In this document: positions 28,933 through 31,941 of the stretch, in pieces
Layout of the letters: every line of letters begins with the position of its first letter
Position numbering within the stretch: position 1 is the first letter of the stretch
From: a virus
Taxonomy: Duplodnaviria; Caudoviricetes
DNA length: 31,941 nt
IMG/VR virus record: IMGVR_UViG_3300042363_000151
Span: 1-31,941 of that record
Strand: one strand, 5' to 3'
Notes under the pieces: model-generated
The model's input: only the letters and a program-made list of their open reading frames with translations
Databases searched by the model: none
Told to the model about the DNA's origin: nothing
Made by a program: the position numbers and the translations under genes

Positions 28933-29817
28933 TTATAGCATTTGTCTATAGATTGCATAATCTATAAACTCTTTTGCAACGTTTGTATTGCAAAACTTTT
29001 CAAAGCCCTCAAATCCTGGTGCAGAATTTACTTCACAGACCTTGTATCCATCTTTGTCAATTAAAATGTCTACCCCAGCAATTTCTAGATTTAAAACATT
29101 TGCACAGCCTAAAGCTAATGACTCAAGTTCTTCATTCATTTCATAAATAGACCCCACTCCTCCACGAGAGATGTTTGCCCTAAAGTCTCCATTAGTGCTT
29201 GATCTTTTCATGGCTCCAATTATCTTGCCGCCAATTACTAAAACTCTAACATCTGTTCCTGGCTGTTGGCTAATGTATTCTTGAATTAAAATATTTAGAG
29301 GAGAATTTAGATTACTAACAAATTCCATTAACTCTTGAAGGGCGTTGGCATCTTGAACCAAGTGAACCCCATTGCCATAGCTTCCGCTTAAAACTTTTAT
29401 AACACAAGGAAACCCAATTTGTTTTTCAACTAGGGATACATCAACAGGGAATCTAACTAACATTGTTTTTGGAACTGGGATGTTATGTTGAGCTAAAATT
29501 TGGGTAGAGTACATTTTATCCTGAGATGCATCTATACTATCACTTGTATTTAAAACTGGGACATGCATTCTTTCTAAGTGCCTTAAGACACTCATTGCAT
29601 AGTAGCTTGTTCCACTACCAGTTCTTGGAATAACAACAGATGGAAGCTCTAGTGTTTCGTTGTCTAACCTAATACTTCTTCTGTCATTTCTAGTAACGAT
29701 AAGATCAAACTTATCAACCTCAACCTGCTTTATTTCTACACCTTGTATTTTGGCTTCTTCAAAGATACGATTAAGCTCGTAATCGTTTTTATTGTTTTTT
29801 GTAAGATACCATATCAT
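28933..29817 (-). CDS. rimK: RimK-family ATP-grasp alpha-L-glutamate ligase
   Basis: IPRTG, DKMYSTQ.L..HNIPVPKT, IK..SGSYGNGV, LIQEYI, DVRVLVIGG, FRANISRGG, AGVDI, EVNSAPGFEG. Confidence 0.92.
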   Translation of the reverse strand: MIWYLTKNNKNDYELNRIFEEAKIQGVEIKQVEVDKFDLIVTRNDRRSIRLDNETLELPSVVIPRTGSGTSYYAMSVLRHLERMHVPVLNTSDSIDASQDKMYSTQILAQHNIPVPKTMLVRFPVDVSLVEKQIGFPCVIKVLSGSYGNGVHLVQDANALQELMEFVSNLNSPLNILIQEYISQQPGTDVRVLVIGGKIIGAMKRSSTNGDFRANISRGGVGSIYEMNEELESLALGCANVLNLEIAGVDILIDKDGYKVCEVNSAPGFEGFEKFCNTNVAKEFIDYAIYRQML

Positions 29818-29870
29818 TTTTGTTCCTATTTATTATACCACTAGTCCCTTGAGTAGGCACTAAAGCCCAA

Positions 29871-30557
29871 CTACAAAAATATCCTAGATGTTGTTGGGAA
29901 AGCTTTAGCCATTAATTGCCTTACAGCCTTTGCATAATCTTGAATCTCAACCTGTGCGTCGTGTTCAACTCGTTGCTGAATAAAGTGAATTGCACCATGC
30001 AACGATGTTGTCCAACGCCAACGCACATACATTCCATATGCTGGCAAGAACAATCGTGCAAGCTCTGGAGCAATGCCATCATCCATTGCTTCGTGGTAAA
30101 GATGTGTTCCTTCACCAATAAGCTTCACTAGTTCAACAAAGTACTTAGAACCAAGCTCTACATCTACTGGATCTCCGCTACCTTGCTTGCTATTCTCTGG
30201 CTTGCTACGCCACTGACCTGGAAGCGGTACATAGAACTGTTCATTTTCAGTAATATAACGACGGCTAGATTCGTTCCAACCATTTTGGTCGTCAACGTGA
30301 GAAGAGGCAACTGCATACTTCCACCACTGTCGTGCTACAAATAGTGGTGCGTATACTTCAAATGTTAAAGCAGCATGACGGAATGGAGAGGTGTGCCCGT
30401 TCTTCCAAAGCCAAACCATAAGCTTTTCATCTTTTTCATCCATCAATTCAATCTCTTTATCGTAAGATACACGAGCAGCATTAACTACTGATGCGTCACT
30501 ACCAAGAGTATCGACTAAACGAACATAGCCCTCGTCAAGTACATTAATCTTCTCCAA
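29871..30557 (-). CDS. thyX: Flavin-dependent thymidylate synthase
   Basis: Start moved to TTG 30557 (GGAGG upstream). Motifs VNAARVSY, HTSPFRH, APLFVARQW, NESSRRY, ELARLFLP, AQVEIQDYA. Confidence 0.93.
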   Translation of the reverse strand: MEKINVLDEGYVRLVDTLGSDASVVNAARVSYDKEIELMDEKDEKLMVWLWKNGHTSPFRHAALTFEVYAPLFVARQWWKYAVASSHVDDQNGWNESSRRYITENEQFYVPLPGQWRSKPENSKQGSGDPVDVELGSKYFVELVKLIGEGTHLYHEAMDDGIAPELARLFLPAYGMYVRWRWTTSLHGAIHFIQQRVEHDAQVEIQDYAKAVRQLMAKAFPTTSRIFL

Positions 30558-30852
30558 GTTCAATCGCCTCCAACTCAACAATCTTTTTGCTTGTATACTC
30601 TTCATCGATAAGCATGTAATAATCTCCATGCTTTTCGTTTTGAATTATTGCCCATCCAACAACGTCGGCACAAAAGTTACCCCACCAACGCTTAAAGGGA
30701 TTTCTTGTTCGCTTAATTCGAACGGTATCGTACTCAAACTCAAGCTCAGTATCATAAGTGTCTCCAGTCATTTGAACTGTTAGCATACGAAGCTGTGCCG
30801 TTGTATAAGGAATAGAATAAGTAGCCTTGCTACTATCAATAAGGTTTACCAT
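30544..30852 (-). CDS. Hypothetical protein
   Basis: 102-aa ORF with an AG-rich RBS; overlaps the thyX start. Confidence 0.7.
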   Translation of the reverse strand: MVNLIDSSKATYSIPYTTAQLRMLTVQMTGDTYDTELEFEYDTVRIKRTRNPFKRWWGNFCADVVGWAIIQNEKHGDYYMLIDEEYTSKKIVELEAIELGED

Positions 30853-30870
30853 TGTTCTCTCTCTTTCTAG

Positions 30871-30972
30871 TTATTGTATGTAGTAGGTGATAATAAAAGT
30901 AATAACAAAACAAATAATGCCAGTGCCAAAAAGAATAGCTGACTTTAAGTTTTGGTCTTTGTAGTCATTCAC
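30871..30972 (-). CDS. 33-aa membrane peptide (not in the ORF track)
   Basis: GTG start in a GTGA overlap. Reads (M)NDYKDQNLKSAILFGTGIICFVITFIITYYIQ. Confidence 0.55.
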   Translation of the reverse strand: MNDYKDQNLKSAILFGTGIICFVITFIITYYIQ

Positions 30973-31070
30973 TTGGAATAGACCACATCGTAATAGTCTT
31001 CGTCATAAAGATCGTGGGCAGTATCACCCTGGTAGATTCTAACTATTCGAGGTTCGGTTGACACCTGCAA
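30969..31070 (-). CDS. 33-aa acidic, Tyr-rich peptide (not in the ORF track)
   Basis: TTG start after GGAAGG. Reads (M)QVSTEPRIVRIYQGDTAHDLYDEDYYDVVYSK and bridges the two neighbouring ORFs. Confidence 0.45.
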   Translation of the reverse strand: MQVSTEPRIVRIYQGDTAHDLYDEDYYDVVYSK

Positions 31071-31212
31071 TGTAACCTTCCTTCCATGCCGCAGCCTCCT
31101 GGCTGTTTGGCTCGTAGCCAGCTTCCAACATCCACTTCATCATGTCTTCTTTGGCTTTTCTTACAATGCGTTCAAGGTCACGCTTAGTCTTGCGGTCTTC
31201 CGTTCTGCTCAT
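31039..31212 (-). CDS. 57-aa hypothetical protein (not in the ORF track)
   Basis: ATGA overlap and GGAG RBS. Reads MSRTEDRKTKRDLERIVRKAKEDMMKWMLEAGYEPNSQEAAAWKEGYIAGVNRTSNS. Confidence 0.7.
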   Translation of the reverse strand: MSRTEDRKTKRDLERIVRKAKEDMMKWMLEAGYEPNSQEAAAWKEGYIAGVNRTSNS

Positions 31213-31409
31213 GCATTCTCTCCGTAACTGTTCATCTTATAATTAAAGGTTGTATTACGCTTATCAAACTTTTCTACATAGTATGTATCGGTTTGATAGA
31301 TATCGTTTAGATAAATTGCGGCTTTGACAGCCTTGCTCTCTGTGTCGTGCATACTAATAATGGTGTCTGAAGGATACTTGTTCTTGACAAGCCATCGTAA
31401 ACTACTCAT
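31209..31409 (-). CDS. Hypothetical protein
   Basis: Start probably at ATG 31409 after GGAG; 66 aa. Confidence 0.65.
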   Translation of the reverse strand: MSSLRWLVKNKYPSDTIISMHDTESKAVKAAIYLNDIYQTDTYYVEKFDKRNTTFNYKMNSYGENA

Positions 31410-31439
31410 AATCTCCATTCATATTTTTTGTACACATCA

Positions 31440-31499
31440 ATTGTCCCACACTTTTGCCCCATAGTCAAGCTTGACATTGGTGTCGATATGCTGTAGTCT
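31440..31499. promoter_or_regulatory. Divergent promoter pair whose -35 boxes form a palindrome
   Basis: Plus strand: TTGACA (31471-31476), 17 nt, TAGTCT (31494-31499). Minus strand: TTGACT (31468-31463), 17 nt, GACAAT (31445-31440). Centre is GTCAAGCTTGAC. Confidence 0.65.
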
Positions 31500-31505
31500 G
31501 GGGTA

Positions 31506-31619
31506 ATGAGAAAAAGATCTGAACGACTTCCTAGCGGTTGGTGTATGACTGGATATCATAATGAGTGCCCAGTTACCTTTACTTTTGGGGAATGTGTTTG
31601 TACTTGTCACAAAGGCTAG
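31506..31619 (+). CDS. 37-aa Cys/His-rich leaderless microprotein (not in the ORF track)
   Basis: MRKRSERLPSGWCMTGYHNECPVTFTFGECVCTCHKG. The ATG lies 6 nt after the -10 box. Confidence 0.65.
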   Translation: MRKRSERLPSGWCMTGYHNECPVTFTFGECVCTCHKG

Positions 31620-31699
31620 AGTTCTAGATCGGACATACACTTTTCACAGAGATCGATCCACAGTTCCTGTACAGTGTCTTTGCAACGATTACATTTCAT
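31616..31699 (-). CDS. 27-aa CxxC...CxxC leaderless microprotein (not in the ORF track)
   Basis: MKCNRCKDTVQELWIDLCEKCMSDLEL. TGC-TAAAAT (31711-31706) lies 6 nt before the ATG. Confidence 0.6.
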   Translation of the reverse strand: MKCNRCKDTVQELWIDLCEKCMSDLEL

Positions 31700-31757
31700 A
31701 ATATAATTTTAGCACGAATTCGCTTGGCGAAAGTTCGGCGGTATAGTAGTTAAAGGG

Positions 31758-31786
31758 TTGACAAGCAACCCAACATACTGTACAAT
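31758..31786 (+). promoter_or_regulatory. Near-consensus SigA promoter with an inverted repeat over the -35
   Basis: TTGACA (31758-31763), 17-nt spacer, TACAAT (31781-31786). GGGTTG-N5-CAACCC at 31755-31771. Confidence 0.8.
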
Positions 31787-31813
31787 AGTAATACAACAAA
31801 CGAGAGAGAAGTA

Positions 31814-31941
31814 ATGCAAACTTTTTTACCATTTAAAGATTTCACTAAGTCTGCACAAGCACTTGACAACAAGCGTCTTAACAAGCAGATTCTAGAGGGC
31901 TACCAGATTCTTAAGGTACTTGGTAACCCTGACCCTAAAGC
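31814..31941 (+). CDS. Pyrimidine-dimer DNA glycosylase-like (MSMEG_6728-type) protein, 3'-truncated
   Basis: MQTFLPFKDFTKSAQALDNKRLNKQILEGYQIL matches the MQTFLP...SA..LD.KRL.KQ..E..QI signature. Confidence 0.85.
   Translation, partial: MQTFLPFKDFTKSAQALDNKRLNKQILEGYQILKVLGNPDPK

Noticed and set aside
31437-31640. 67-aa minus-strand ORF from the track
   Set aside because: It has no RBS or promoter and would run across the divergent promoter pair. The + strand 37-aa leaderless ORF explains the region better.

Overview
A gene-dense segment of a large dsDNA tailed-phage genome, roughly 40% GC by eye. The host is most likely actinobacterial: it carries WhiB, class Ib nrdIEF, an FmdB-type Zn ribbon, CCA-less tRNAs and many apparently leaderless genes. 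The gene order recalls large Streptomyces-type/freshwater actinophages (inference). The + strand carries, in order: the end of a tail-fibre module; a replication/recombination block (DnaB, primase, SSB, DnaE, MazG-like, RecA, Hjc-like nuclease, Cas4-like, RuvC-like); terminase; nrdI-nrdE-nrdF; four tRNAs; small regulators (FmdB-like, deaminase, WhiB); and head-associated modular proteins. After about 25.3 kb there is a mostly minus-strand accessory arm with HNH, a Stealth-like protein, GT4 and GT2 glycosyltransferases, tRNA-Arg(UCU), a membrane protein, a RimK-like ligase, ThyX and several microproteins. The most interesting unexplained signal is two small non-coding three-way-junction RNA candidates with a shared architecture and 13-nt loop motif. 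One lies between two tRNAs (20537-20608) and the other has its own -10 box and U-tail (25201-25295). Several ORFs under 60 aa missing from the supplied track were read by hand. All family calls come from motif recognition, not database searches.
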